Of a stretch of DNA of 64,000 nt, positions 1 to 12,449 are shown one piece after another. Each line of letters begins with the position of its first letter. The first letter of the stretch is position 1. Below the pieces are notes generated by a model, which saw nothing but the letters and a program-made list of their open reading frames with translations, made no database searches and had not been told where the DNA came from. The position numbers and the translations under genes are program-made. The DNA is from Octopus vulgaris. Lineage: Eukaryota. The stretch lies in NCBI GenBank assembly GCA_951406725.2, contig OX597839.1, positions 28,520,001 to 28,584,000 of the forward strand. The letters run 5' to 3'.

Positions 1-420
1 AGCCCCCTGTCAACAAAGACCTACACAACATGTCAGGATACGTCAAGAAGCCCAGACAGGCCATCATGGTGGACTGCAGCCAAGAAAGTGACACCAGTGG
101 CAGAGCCAGTATGCGATGAGAAGCAAATGCCAAACACACAATCACATATGTATACATTGCTAGCAGACACGTTGCTGCTATCTCCAGCCTCTGAACATCT
201 ACCATTGACAAGGCCAGAGAAGGCCGAAATCATGTGACCTGGTGGTCACAGTGATGGCAATGGCAGGTGATTTATCTCCCCTCTAGCAATATAAACAAGA
301 GAGCTTATATGCACTGGAAGCCAATGTGAGACTTTCTCTCTCGTGGTAACATCACAGTATTTTCTGTTCTAACACAACCAGTGGGGTTAAATATTAGCTT
401 CTGGCGTTAATACTACTTTT

Positions 421-745
421 GCATGGCTCAGTGGCCATAGTGTCAGGCTCACAACCATGAGGTAGAGAGTTCAATTCCTGGACTGGGCTGCATGTTGCGT
501 TCTTGAGCAAGACACTTTATTTCATGTGGCTCCAGTTCACTCATCTGTAGAAACAAGTAGCGACATCACTGGTGCCAAGCTGTATCAGCCTCTTAGCCTT
601 TCCCTTGGATAAAATCAGTGGCATGGAGAGGGGAGGCCGGTATGCATGAGCGACTGCTAGTCTTCCGTAAAGAACCTGACCTGGACTTGCACCTCGGTGC
701 AATCCTATGGTCATTCATGACCGAAGGGGGTCCTTACCCTTTACC
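421..745 (+). mobile_element. tRNA-derived SINE with a V-domain-like core
   Basis: TGGCTCAGTGG A-box, GAGTTCAATTCC B-box, TTCTTGAGCAAGACACTTTATTTCA...CTCCAGTTCACTCA core; related copies at ~9452-9702(-), 13470-13810(-), 16322-16900 (two), 30305-30595, 44530-44822(-), 55605-55910(-). Confidence 0.75.
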
Positions 746-1155
746 CTGTGTCGCTAATAATTTTATATACAAACAACTGATTTCTGTCAGTTTCTGTCTA
801 CCAAAATCCACTCATAGCTTAGATTGGCCTGGGACCATCATAGGAGATGCTTGTCCAAAGTTACCACACAGTGGGAGTGAATATGAAACCATGTGGCTGA
901 GAAGTGAACTTCTTAACCATGGCTGGTGTTAGGAAGGGGTTAAAGTGATCTGAATTAAAACTTTCCATCAAACTTTAATGTTAATTTATGTTCCTAATAC
1001 TAGCTTAATAATGACAAAGTTGTTTACAACTAATTGAAACAAAGGCAATGTGTTTCAACAGAAATATGGCAACAAAAGGGTTAAAGTGATCTAAATCAAA
1101 ATCTTGCTTAAAAACTTTGTTAATTTATCTTCTAAACACTAGCTTTAGTAAATTC

Positions 1156-1507
1156 TTCATCATCATCATCATCATTTAACATCCGTTTGTCATGGACGAT
1201 TGGACGGTTCGACCGGGGATCTGGGAAGCCAGGAGGCTGCACCAGGCTCCAGTCTGATCTGGCAATGTTTCTACAGCTGGATGCCCTTCCTAACGCCAAC
1301 CACTCCGTGAGTGTAGTGGGTGCTTTTTATGTGCCACTGGCACTGGAGCCAGGCAAGGCTGGCATTGGCCACGGTCGGAATGGTGCATTTTACGTGCCAC
1401 CTGCATGGAAGCCAGTCAATGCGGTACTGGCTACGGCCACGTTCGGATTGGTGCATTTTACATGCCACCTGCATGGAAGCCAGTCGAGGCGGCACTGGCT
1501 TCGGCCA
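1156..1507 (-). mobile_element. SINE family C ((GAT)n tail, internal ~60-bp tandem units)
   Basis: GGATGCCCTTCCTAACGCCAACC core and CATCATCAT tail; same orientation at ~12837-13180, 19563-19850, 29047-29290, 50868-51085. Confidence 0.85.
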
Positions 1508-1651
1508 TTATTTTCAAAATAAATTGAAACAAAGTTTGTATATTTCAACAGAGAAATGGTGACAAAAGGTTGGCTTTGCCACCCACCCCCACCACCACCA
1601 CTGGGTCAGACAATGGTAAAACAAAAGCAATGAGAGCTGAAATCCTCCTAC

Positions 1652-1841
1652 CTAGCCGTTCTTGTAAAGTACTGACTTCCTGTGACAAAGTCTCTTCAAG
1701 AGTGTTCTTTTCTTGCTGGTCAGCCAGTGCCCTGTCTTTGAGAAACAGGATCTCACTCTTCAGGGTGTCTTCTATGTGTTCCTTTGCCACTTTGGCAGCA
1801 ATAATCTCTTCTCGGTACTTCAATAATAACAGCTGCATTTC
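1652..1841 (-). CDS. RABEP1: Rabaptin-5 exon (EMQLLLLKYREEIIAAKVAKEHIEDTLKSEILFLK...TLQERL), phase 0-1, 190 nt; gene continues beyond the window start
   Basis: TTTTTCAG|GAA acceptor, G|GTAGGA donor; LKYRExII...LKxEILFLK motif. Confidence 0.95.
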
Positions 1842-1997
1842 CTGAAAAATTCCAAAGAAACCCAACTAAAATCAAACAAAAGTTTTCCGGATGAAGAGAA
1901 GGAACAAGCAATGCCTGAACGTTCAGACGATCAAAGCCAAACACACACATATTTGAAATTTGATTTGAAGAAAGCTATGTAAAGAGTTGTGTCTTAC

Positions 1998-2099
1998 TTC
2001 AAGATTGTTAGGAAGGTTGATGTCTTCATTCTGTAATTGTTGAGAATGTTTGGAATGCTTGCCGACAAGAGAATCGTTTTCCTGAGTCAGTCGATCCAG
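1998..2099 (-). CDS. RABEP1: Rabaptin-5 exon (LDRLTQENDSLVGKHSKHSQQLQNEDINLPNNLE), phase 0-0, 102 nt
   Basis: TTTCCGCAG|CTG acceptor, GAA|GTAAGA donor; NDSLxGKHS...EDxxLP motif. Confidence 0.95.
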
Positions 2100-2229
2100 C
2101 TGCGGAAATAAAGGGGGAAACAACATTAATTTCATTTTTAAAGACTTTTTAAAGATTTTTTTCATTTTTAAAAAATGGACAAAATCAAAAGCAAACTCGA
2201 TGAACATTAATGGAATTTGTAGTTTTGTG

Positions 2230-2553
2230 GTACCAATGCCGGTGGCACATACGAAAACCATCCGAACGTGGCCGTAGCCAGTACCGCATTGACTGGCCTC
2301 TGTGCCGGTGGCACGTAAAAAACACCATCCGAGCGTGGCCGTTCGCCAGCCTCGTCTGGCACCTGTGTCGGTGGCACATAAAATCACCCACTACACTCTC
2401 GGAGTGGTTGGCTTTAGGAAGGGCATCCAGCTGTAGAAACACTGCCAGATCTGACTGGCCTGGTGCAGCCTCGGGCTTCCCAGACCCCAGTTGAACCGTC
2501 CAACCCATGCTAGCATGGAAAGCGGACGTTAAACGATGATGATGATGATGATG
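2230..2553 (+). mobile_element. SINE family C, opposite orientation to 1156-1507
   Basis: Reverse complement of the 1156 copy; same orientation at ~10180-10403 and 23299-23488. Confidence 0.85.
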
Positions 2554-3144
2554 AAAGACAAAGAACAAAAACATTTCGTTCCATTCCATTGATCAATTCC
2601 ACGGTTGCTTTCTCTCATCTCTTCTCTCTCGTAAATTAAATTCATTCAAACCCAGCCCATTCTAACAACTATTCAAGCCATGTTAACCCAACTCATTTTT
2701 TCATCAATTGATAAATTTAATGCTAGCAGTTCTTTGGGTCTGAAGATTATGAGGACGAGTGAGCATCTGCAAGCAGAGATGAGACTGCAATAGCCAACAC
2801 CATTCAGTACCTGTCGTTTTTGTCTCTACTCCATCAATGCTGGGCTTCTCTTCCTGTCTGTGTTTAGTAGTTCTAAAGTGAGAGTCAGTCTACCCAGTCC
2901 AATCTGAAGCTTTTTAAACTTGGACAACTGACCACAGGGGCTCAGTGGGGGCTAAGACAACTGCAGTGACCACCAAGCTGTAGGTTTTACAGAAGTGTGA
3001 ACTTCTCTTAGGGGAATTACCTAACAGGGCTGGAGATCTCAACCAACCCTGGAGTTGCTGGAAGAATGTCAAAGAGTATGTCGTGAGTACTGCTGGCGAT
3101 TTTTTTCCTCTGTCTTCCCTTCTCGGGATCTTTCCTTCTCCTAT

Positions 3145-3179
3145 GTTTCCGACGAAGAGCTCCGCTCGAAACGTTAAAC
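3145..3179 (+). ncRNA. Minimal type-I hammerhead ribozyme motif (U4C variant) in a short repeat (~3100-3277)
   Basis: gttt-CCGACGA-A-GAGC(tcc)GCTC-GAAAC-GTT-aaac: 4-bp helix I, 4-bp helix II, palindromic ACGT helix III. Confidence 0.6.
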
Positions 3180-3277
3180 CCTCCTTCTTCCCTTCTTTCC
3201 TGAGCGTCCAATAATACTTAATTTGTTCCACGTCCTCGCATTGTTGTGTTTTTTTGTGTTTTCTTGTTTGGATTAAC

Positions 3278-3313
<36 letters not shown>

Positions 3314-3405
3314 ATACACACATACTATATACACAACAACAACATCCAGTGATACACACACACACACATATTTGTCCACCCAACTAAATAGTAAGATTGC
3401 CATAC

Positions 3406-3444
3406 CTCAACCTGGATTTCTTCCCTTGATTCAGTCAACGTTTT
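3406..3444 (-). CDS. RABEP1: Rabaptin-5 microexon (KTLTESREEIQVE), phase 0-0, 39 nt
   Basis: TTTTCTTGTAG|AAA acceptor, GAG|GTATGG donor; supplies the 13 residues (SRExV-type motif) expected between QDQL and LDRL. Confidence 0.88.
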
Positions 3445-4874
3445 CTACAAGAAAATAAAAAGAAAACACATTAACTAAACACACAAACTACAAAATTTAA
3501 TACTTTTAGGTTTTGTTATTGTCATTATTGTTATTAAGAAGGCAGTAAGCTGGGATGGCTGTTAGCAGCATTTCTTCTGTCTTAACATTCTGGGTTCAAA
3601 TTCTGCCACAGTCAGCTTTGCCTTTCATCCTCTTTGTGGGGTGGGTTGGGGTGGGGGGTCAACAAAACAAAGTATTTGTCTTGCACTAAGAGACAAATGT
3701 AATCAATTATTCCATCTCCCACAAAAATTGCTGGTCTTGGGCCAAAATTTAAAACCTTTATTGTAATTATTATGAAGGCATTGAGCTGGCAGAATTATTA
3801 GCATGCCAGATGGTATGTTCTGTGGCATTGTGTCCATCCTGCCATTACGAGTCCAAATATTGCGAAAGTCGACTATGCCTTTCATCCTTTTGGGTTGAAA
3901 GAATAAGGTACCACTCAAACACAGGTATCCATGAAACCAACTCACCTCCTACCCCAAAATTTCAGGCCTTGTAGAACAGACTGAAATTCTCAAAACCATT
4001 CAATTTTCGGTAAGAACTTAGGTTCTACGTCCGATTCCTCACCCAAATTTCAAAACCATGTCCTTCAGGTTATTTTACTCAGTCTACTTTCAAAGACAGA
4101 GAGAAAAGTGTGCAAAGGAAATGGTCAGCTGCTGTGGCCATGGTCTTTTGACATCCCTCTTCCATGCTGGCACAGGTAGGACAGTTTGACAGGATCCAAC
4201 AGATCCGAGGACTGCATCATTGGAACAGCTTCTATGGTTGGATGCTTTCCCTAACATCAATTTATTGGCAGAATGTACTAGTTACTCTTTACTCTTTTAC
4301 TTTTTTAGTTGTTTCAGTCATTTGACTGCGGCCATGCTGGAGCACCGCCTTTAGTCGAGCAAATCGACCCCGGGACTTATTCTTTGTAAGCCCAGTACTT
4401 ATTCTATCGGTCTCTTTTGCCGAACTGCTAAGTGACGGGGACGTAAACACACCAGCATCGGTTGTCAAGCAATGCTAGGGGGACAAACACAAACACACAC
4501 ACACATATATATACATATATCAGTGGGACTGAACCCGGAACCATGTGGCTGGTTAGCAAGCTACTTACCACACAGCCACTCCTGCGCCTAGTTGGATGCT
4601 TTTTTTTTTTTGTATTTCAATGCCGTTCTGGCATGGTTTCTATAGTTGTAGGCCCTCTTTAATGCCAACAAGAATACTTTTTCATGGCACCAGCACTAGG
4701 AAGATTGCCATGCAGTTCACAAGACTCCAGCATGGCCACAGGCTGATGACTGAAACAAGTGAAAGAATAAAAGATGTAGAACAAGGTCTTTAATTATGGG
4801 TCTGCTCAATGAGGATGACCTAAGGGAACTAACGAAGGACAACAGTGATTACAAGAAATGGTAGGACAACGTAC

Positions 4875-4973
4875 AAGTTGGTCTTGGAGTTCCAGGTGCG
4901 ACTGCATTAACTGTTGCTTCACTTCCATTGTGAATTTCTCTGATTCTTGGAGTTTGGTCATAACAGTAGATAT
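4875..4973 (-). CDS. RABEP1: Rabaptin-5 exon (ISTVMTKLQESEKFTMEVKQQLMQSHLELQDQL), phase 0-0, 99 nt
   Basis: CTAG|ATA acceptor, CTT|GTACGT donor; heptad coiled coil; absent from the ORF track. Confidence 0.87.
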
Positions 4974-5713
4974 CTAGATTTGAAGGGGAAAAAAAGACAA
5001 ACAAAAAAGCATATAAATAAATTAAATAAATAAATAAATTTGAGAGTAGTCGAGTTTATTTCAGATATTCTCATTTCAAAAATCATCTCCAGCTAATTGT
5101 TGAGAAGACGATGGTGTTGCCTTGCCAAAGGTTTGCACTCTCTGAGAGCTCATCGTCATCGTTGTTGTTATTGTTATATTTATTCTTCTTCTTATTATTA
5201 TTATTATTATTTACGCAGTGAGCTGGAAGAATTGTTAGCACGCAGGGCAAAATGCTAGGCAGCATTTAGCCTGTTCTCACATTCTGAGTTCAAATTCCAC
5301 TGAGGACAACTTTGCCTTTCATCCTTTCGGGGTCGATAAGTAAAGTACTAGTTGCATACTAGGGTCGATCTAATCGACTGGCCCCTCCCCAAAAGTTTCG
5401 GGCCTTCTGCCTAGAGTAGAAAAGATAATTATTATTATTATTATTTTTATTATTATCATCATTATTATTACCTAAGCATTGAGCTGGCAGAATCATTAGT
5501 ACATGGGGCAAAATGCTGAGCAGCATTTCACCTGCCCTCACGTTCTGAGTTCAAATTCTGCCAAGGACAACTTTGCCTTTCATCCTTTCGGCAGGGGTCA
5601 ATAAATTAAGTACCAGTGAAGTACTGGGTCTCGATGTAATCAACTAGTCTCCTCCCCTGAAATTTCAGGCCTTGTGCCTTTAGTAGAAAGTATTATCATT
5701 TAGACAGTATTAC

Positions 5714-5935
5714 CTGTTTGCGTGCATCTTCTGCCACTTCCTTGAGATTGTTCTCCAGCTCCTCCTGGTATTTGCGCTGGTTTACCGACGCCTGTTGCTC
5801 ACTCTTCAAATAACGGTTTAGCTGTTGGATCTTGGATTGAGATTCCTTCAGCTGCGCTTGCACTGACTGAAGTTGGGCCTCATAGTTGTTGCACATGTCG
5901 CATGGTCGACCCAGCTTCTCTCGCGCACTTTTCAG
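5714..5935 (-). CDS. RABEP1: Rabaptin-5 exon (LKSAREKLGRPCDMCNNYEAQLQ...VAEDARKQ), phase 0-0, 222 nt
   Basis: TTTTTCAG|CTG acceptor, CAG|GTAATA donor; CDMCxNYE rabaptin signature. Confidence 0.96.
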
Positions 5936-6118
5936 CTGAAAAATGAAAAGTAAAATTAAATAATAATAATAATGAAGAAGAAATTTTAATTTTATTTGCC
6001 AGTGCCTAATTAGAGACAGGTGAGGCTGGGTGGTCCTTAAGAAGTTTGCTTCTCAAATACAGAGTTTTGAGCTCAATCCTGCAGTTGTGTGTGTGTGTGT
6101 GTGTGTGAAAGAGTGAGC

Positions 6119-6169
<51 letters not shown>

Positions 6170-6259
6170 TGTGTGTGTGTTTGTGAGAAAGAGAGAGTGT
6201 GTGTGTGTGTGTGTGAAAGAGAGTGTGTGAGTGTGTGAGAGAGAGTGTGAGAGAGAAAG

Positions 6260-6299
<40 letters not shown>

Positions 6300-6317
6300 G
6301 CCTTGCCAATAGCTTAC

Positions 6318-6442
6318 CTCCTGTTGTAGAAGTTCCCACTCTTTTTCGCTGACCATCCTCCTCCCTTCCAGTGATATCCCCTCAGTCCTTGACTTCACAC
6401 TTGCCAACAGGGAGTTGTGAGCTTCAGCTTCTGGGGTGGGAT
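6318..6442 (-). CDS. RABEP1: Rabaptin-5 exon (DPTPEAEAHNSLLASVKSRTEGISLEGRRMVSEKEWELLQQE), phase 1-0, 125 nt
   Basis: TTCCAG|AT acceptor, GAG|GTAAGC donor; RxVSExEWxLLQxE rabaptin motif. Confidence 0.92.
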
Positions 6443-8267
6443 CTGGAACACAAGCAACCTCATTGAAATACAAAGGAAAAACCCCCCCAACAAACAAACA
6501 CACACACACAGCCTCTTCTTTTTCAATCAACACATTGAGCAGAAATGAATTCATTTTACACTTTCTGGGGTTTCTTTATACAATGACCAAGCCAGACAAA
6601 GTAAAACAGCATCCATGGCCCTTTATAGAGTCATTGTAGTTAATGGTTTGAAAGGGGACATTATCTTCAGTGCAGACAGAGCAGAGAAAACAACTGTTGC
6701 AATGGATGAATACATAAGGCTCCTTGTGAATGGTGTAACAACACCTTGCAAACGTTTAATGACTTTTATTTCAACACAAATAATTTTCAGGTTGGTTCTG
6801 AATTAGAAAGTTTCCACAAGAAATCTACAGAATCAAAGAATTTTATAGCATTCATAAATAGTTGATTACAAAAGCTCTGTACTTCAGCTTGCTGAGAGAG
6901 GAGGAAATATACACGTTAAATTCATATGGCCAACTATAATGACATATCCAGGTTGAGTAGAAGCTGTGAAAACAGCTATTATTAATGGCATGAGAGTAGC
7001 AGAGGTAAACCATAGGTTGGTATACGCTGAAGCAAGATGTGACATGTGTAAAAAGGAATCAGCCAGTCTCTGTGTAAATTGGCAGGTGAGAGCAGAAACG
7101 ATGTTCTACCTGGACGTCGAAGACACTCTACTAATTTGGCGCCAATAACATGCCTTTTATAACCCTTGTATAGGGACATTCCAAAAGGATCTAAAACAAT
7201 GGTTCTCAACTGGGGTCCATACGGCCCTTAGGGGCCTATTTAAGATTTTGTGGCTAAAATGAATGTGTAACAAACTGGTTATTATTCTACAATTCACAAA
7301 TATTTTAACAATTTTTTATACAATTTGATATTCATATAAATTGTATATGAATCAATCAGATTCATATCTGTTTGTTCCTTCACCTGTTATATTTTAGTTA
7401 GTTAGGGAAGTGGAATGAAAGTGAGAGAGAAGGGGGAAGAATTGTGAGTAGAGAAGAGATAAGAGAGGAGGATAATAATACACAAAGGCCAAATGCATCA
7501 TATGGTTAGTTGAAGGGTGAGGCAAAAAGCAAGAGAAAAAAATGGTGAGAGAAAAGTGGGAGAGAGAAGTGTTAATGACATGCTGTAGGGTGGGGAGCAA
7601 AAGGTGAAGAGAAAGAAGGGAACTACATGGTTAAAAAGTTTCCTTTAAATATTTTTATGTTGATTTATACTCCAAACATCTGCTTAATAATGACAAAATT
7701 ACCTTAATGAAGTCTTCCTTATTTTCAAAATTACTTGGTGAGAGAGGAAGGGGGCGAGAGATGGGGAGGGGGAGAGAGATAGAGAAGAGAGAAATAGATG
7801 GGTAAGGGGAGGGAAAGAGGGAGAGATTGATGGTAGTGAGTGAAATGTGTAATTACGTTTTTTAACAAAGTTTTGTTCCTCCGTTACTTAGCCCATCCGT
7901 AATGCTTTCATGTTATTAGCTGAATGGGAAGGTGAAGAGCAAAAGAAAAAGGAGAGAGAGAGAGAGAAAAAGAGGCTAAGGCAAAGAGTGAGAGAGAAAG
8001 AGGGAGTGTGTTGCACATTAAGTCTATAAAATTATGCATGCAGCATATAAAGTGCATAAATAAAGTGCATTAAGCAATCATTTTATTCCGATTTCCTTCA
8101 CTTTTCAGTGAGAAGCAAATAAGCGACCATCTTTTGATACAGACACAACACAGGCGATGCTTCCAGGTATTTCGGATGGATAGAGTTTTCACAAATAACC
8201 CAATAAGTTTACCATAAATTCCAGGAAATATTCACGGGTCCCGCTAGTTATTATTATCATTATTGTT

Positions 8268-8718
8268 GAAGGCAGAAAGCTGGCAGAATCGTTAGCACGC
8301 CGGGCAAAATGCTTAGCAGTATTTCACCTGTCGCTACGTTCTGAGTTCAAATTCCGCCCAGGTCGACTTTGCCTTTCATCCTTTTGGGGGGGTCGATAAA
8401 TTAAGTACCAGTGAAACACTGGGGTCAATGTAATCGACTAGTCCCCTCCCACCAAATTTCAGGCCTTGTGCCTATATTAGAAAGGACTGTTATTATTATA
8501 AAGGTGGCGAGACGGCAGAATTGTTAACACGCTGGATGAAATGCTTAGCGGTATTTTGTCCGCCTTCACGTTCTGAGTTCAAATTCCGCCAAGGTCAACT
8601 TTGCCTTTTATCTTTCCGGGGTCGATAAATGAAGTACCAGTGAAATACTGGGTTGATGTAATCGACTAGTCCCCTACCACCAAATTTCGGGCCCTTGTGC
8701 CTATAGTAGAAACGATTA
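8268..8718 (+). mobile_element. Head-to-tail tandem of (TTA)n-tailed family B SINEs
   Basis: Two full units separated by TTA repeats; similar arrays at ~3540-3975, 5208-5693, 19140-20140, 27530-27943(-), 40332-40980, 48526-49000(-). Confidence 0.85.
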
Positions 8719-9953
8719 TCATCATTATTGTTCTTAAAATTATTATAGAGATATGGTTAGAAAATGGTAACAATACTAATTTGGGACTAGAACAGTGTTT
8801 CTGAAAATGGGGACACAGACCCCACTGAGGAAGCATGGCAATATTCCGATGGGGGTCTGGGTTACTTCAGAACAAGATGTAAGTAACAAGCGAATAAAAT
8901 TCACAATAAAGTCTTAATTGAAACTTGAAACCTGCATTACATATCAGGCACGGCTGTGTGGTAAGGAGCTTGCTTCCCAACCACATGGTTCTGGGTTCAG
9001 TCCCACTGCATGGCATCTTAGGCGTCTTCCACAATAGCCTTGGGTTGGACAAAGCCTTGAATGGATTTGACAGACGGAAACTGAAAGAAGCCAGTTATGT
9101 GTGTGTATGTGTATATATATATATGTATATATATTTAAGCTAGGCATAGCAATGTTGTAGCACACATGCTGGGTACATTCCTACAACAACGTTTTCTTTA
9201 CGTGCTATAAAGGCAGAAGTAAATCTGCCTTCAACTCAGTCATGTGGCTACTCTGAGTAATTACTGACAGCATGTACCTGACTAGCGCTCATCATAGACA
9301 ATTCTCATCTGCTACAATCTATGTGTATGCTTTTGTGCACAAAGCGACTATAAGAGAGGATCTTTAAAGGCTAATAACACAGCATTTGATGATCTAACAA
9401 GACAGCCATATTAAATTGGTCATAAAGATTACTTTATATATATATATCATATGATCACGTGACTGACCAGGCTATCCATTGTTGTTACACATCGCTGGTC
9501 ACAATGCATTTTGCATTGTTCAAGCCTTCAAATAACACCACCCTGCTGGCTAGGTGAGCAGGCCAACATTCCCCACTAATCGAAAGGGGGGACTGGAGCA
9601 ACATAAAATGAAGTGGTTTGCTCAAGAACGCAATGCGCCACCCAATCAGGGATTTGAACCCACAATCTGAGTGCAACACCCTAACCACTAGGCCACTTGC
9701 CTTCTCACACACACACACACACACTTTTTATTGTTTTACTTGTTTCTGTCACTTGACTGCAACCATGCTGGAGCACCGCCTTAAAGGGTTGTGGTCAAAC
9801 AAATCGACCCCAGGACTTATTCTTTGTAAGCCTAGTACTTTTTCCATTGGTCTCTTTTGCTAAACTGCTAAGTTACAGGAGTGTAAACATACCAACACCA
9901 GTTGACAAGCAGTGATGGGACGGGGGCGGGGACAAACACAAGCATAAAGACAA

Positions 9954-9989
<36 letters not shown>

Positions 9990-11118
9990 GACAGACTTCT
10001 TTCAGTTTCCGTCCACCAAATCCACTCACATGGCTTTGGTTAGCCTGTGGCTATAGTAAAAGACACTTGCCCAAGGTGTCACACAGTGGGACTGAAGATG
10101 GAAGCATGTTGGTTGGGAAGCAAGTTTCTTACCACACAGCCATGGCCTGCACCTGTATATATATATATATATATAATTTCGAGCGAGGTCGTTGCCAGTA
10201 CCGCCTGACTGGCCCCTGTGCCGGTGGCACGTAAAAGCACCCACTACACTCTCCGAGTGGTTGGCGTTAGGAAGGGCATCCAGCTATAGAAACTCTACCA
10301 GATCAAGATTGGAGCCTTGTGCAGCCATCTGATTCTCCAGCCCTCAGTCAAATTGTCCAACCCATGCCAGCATGGAAAGCGGACGTTCAACGATGATGCT
10401 GATGAAAATATAAAGGTAAGATCTAAGGTAGTAGATTTCAAACAGTCTGTAGAAAGTATTAAAAAAAACAACTTTCAGGAACAGTCGTGGTTCAGTGACA
10501 TGGAAGGTTATAAAATGAAAAAGTCACACTCTGTGCAGACTTTTAAGTTAGTTCCTGCAGGGGGTTAATTGGGTCTGTGGCCCATAACTAAAGGGAGTAA
10601 TAATAATAAAGCATTTATTGGTACCCTACCAACATGGTATTGCTTTAAATTCAGTTTAAATGAAAAACTTCTGAGTTCACAAATTTTGGGAGTTCTTTTA
10701 AAATTTGAATTTTCAACTGTTAGCATATAACAAATCGCCAGCCAGACCCGATTCCAATGCTGGATGGCCAAGAACCAAATAAAGGGCAGGTTTTCAATCC
10801 TGGGATCATCCTGATTCCAAAAAGGTAGAAGATGTCATTGTTGAGCAAATGTAGATTGAGTCACACAGGGTTCCAGACGGACAGAATTTCGGGCATATTA
10901 TTATTATTATTATTATTATTATCATTATTATTATTATCATTATTAAATATACACATATATACATGTGTGTGTGCGTGGTGTACTCTTCGTCCTTTCATAC
11001 TGGTGTGCATGTTTTGAAGCGGAGGGGCATGAAACAAAAACCACCGAGAAACACAGGCGTTGGGCTGGGAGTAACTTTTGGCAGTTGAAGTGCATGGTGA
11101 GTCCCACAACCATCATAC

Positions 11119-11398
11119 CTGTAATCGCACGCCTCTGAGCCTCAGTCAACGAGGGAAGCGTTATGGTCTTCTCGGGACTGATCCGGATCGTGTTGGAAAC
11201 TGTATCAGTCAAAGAAGCATCTAGTAATGACGATGAATCAAAGTCTTCACCTTGGATATCGCTGACATCGGAACTGGAAAAGGACTTCTTCACACCAGCA
11301 CCAATGTCGTTCTGTTGTACAGTGAGGTCGATCAGGCTGCTTGAAACTGTTGATGTCTTGCACTGAGGATCAGCACTGGGGGCCTTCATAAGAGGGGT
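11119..11398 (-). CDS. RABEP1: Rabaptin-5 exon, Ser/Asp-rich linker (TPLMKAPSAD...LPSLTEAQRRAIT), phase 0-1, 280 nt
   Basis: (CT)n-CCTCAG|ACC acceptor, G|GTATGA donor, open frame. Confidence 0.88.
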
Positions 11399-11469
11399 CT
11401 GAGGAGAGAGAGAGAGAGAGAGAAATGTAAAAATAAGCATATAAATAAATATAGATATTTAGAGAAATA

Positions 11470-11705
11470 ATAATGCGGGAAGGGGGGGAATGGGGCCAGA
11501 GGGAGAGAAATAAGAGGAAATAGGGAGGGGAGGTGGGAAGGAGAGATGGGGAAGGAAGGGGAAGTGGGGGTGGGGAAGGTGGAAGTGGGGAAGGTGGAGG
11601 TGGAGAAGGTGGGGTGGAGAAGGTAGAGGTGGGGAAGGTAGAGGTGGGGTGTGGGAAGGTAGAGGTGGGGAAGATGGGGGTGTGGGAAGGGGAGGGGGCA
11701 GGAAG
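11470..11705 (+). repeat. G-rich, mostly purine low-complexity tract (GGGGAAGGTAGAGGTG-like units)
   Basis: Almost no C on the plus strand; many G3-G5 runs. Confidence 0.9.
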
Positions 11706-12014
11706 AATTGCTGTACAATCAAAACTGTACCAAACACAAATACCCTATCTTTTTTTTGTTCTCTTCAGACATAGTGTACCTTGGACTACATTATCAAACG
11801 TGCCTTTTTTTTTTTCTTCCTTTTTCTTTAATAAAACAGCAGCAGAATGTAGTTTGAGAGGTACTGGAAATTCCATAGACCAATATGACTGATGTCAGAA
11901 ATTTCACAGCCCATGTGGGGGTTCAATTGGTGGGTGGGGCTCAAAATGCAGTGATGGGAGAGGATGTACTAGGACGGTGATGAAGAGGGGAGGAGAGACC
12001 AACATGTAGATTAC

Positions 12015-12049
12015 CTTCACTGGACTGGCTTGCTGTCGCTGTAGAATCT
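12015..12049 (-). CDS. RABEP1: Rabaptin-5 microexon (EILQRQQASPVK), phase 1-0, 35 nt
   Basis: TTTGTGCAG|AG acceptor, AAG|GTAATC donor; bridges the phase-1 end at 16147 to the phase-0 start at 11398. Confidence 0.82.
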
Positions 12050-12449
12050 CTGCACAAATAAAAAGCATAGAGACATAATATCAGAATTTTTCATAACAGT
12101 ACATTTTATATTTTTAGTAAATATGAGGGGAGGGGCAGTTGTACAAGTGTCGCTAAGGGAGGCACAAATATTTAAAGTGAGGTACTGTGACTGCACAATT
12201 CAGGTACTCAACTACTGACTATTTCACTCCTAAGTTTAGACATTAATATGGTAAGGAACCTAACACTGCTTTTTTTGGTTTGCTTGGATGAACAAAAATG
12301 AAATACACCACAACATCAAGGTTGAGTGGTTAGTGGTAGGAAGGGGTACTGACCAGTAAGAACTGTTGACCCGACAGATAAAGTATCTCACCCAAACAAG
12401 CACATGCTATAAATGTATATGAATGTCTGTCTGTTAAGGAGAGTGCAGA

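Noticed and set aside
1-415. GC-richer unique sequence possibly from an LTR retrotransposon end
   Set aside because: Only a faint SGxxKKP-like peptide; no clear PPT, LTR pair or domain, and truncated by the window edge
1570-1845. Plus-strand ORFs overlapping RABEP1 exons (also 11163-11366, 18381-18584, 20650-20853)
   Set aside because: Antisense shadows of the real minus-strand exons
6960-7150. 60-aa ORF, possibly a LINE 3' remnant
   Set aside because: No diagnostic motif I can identify and no splice signals tying it to the gene
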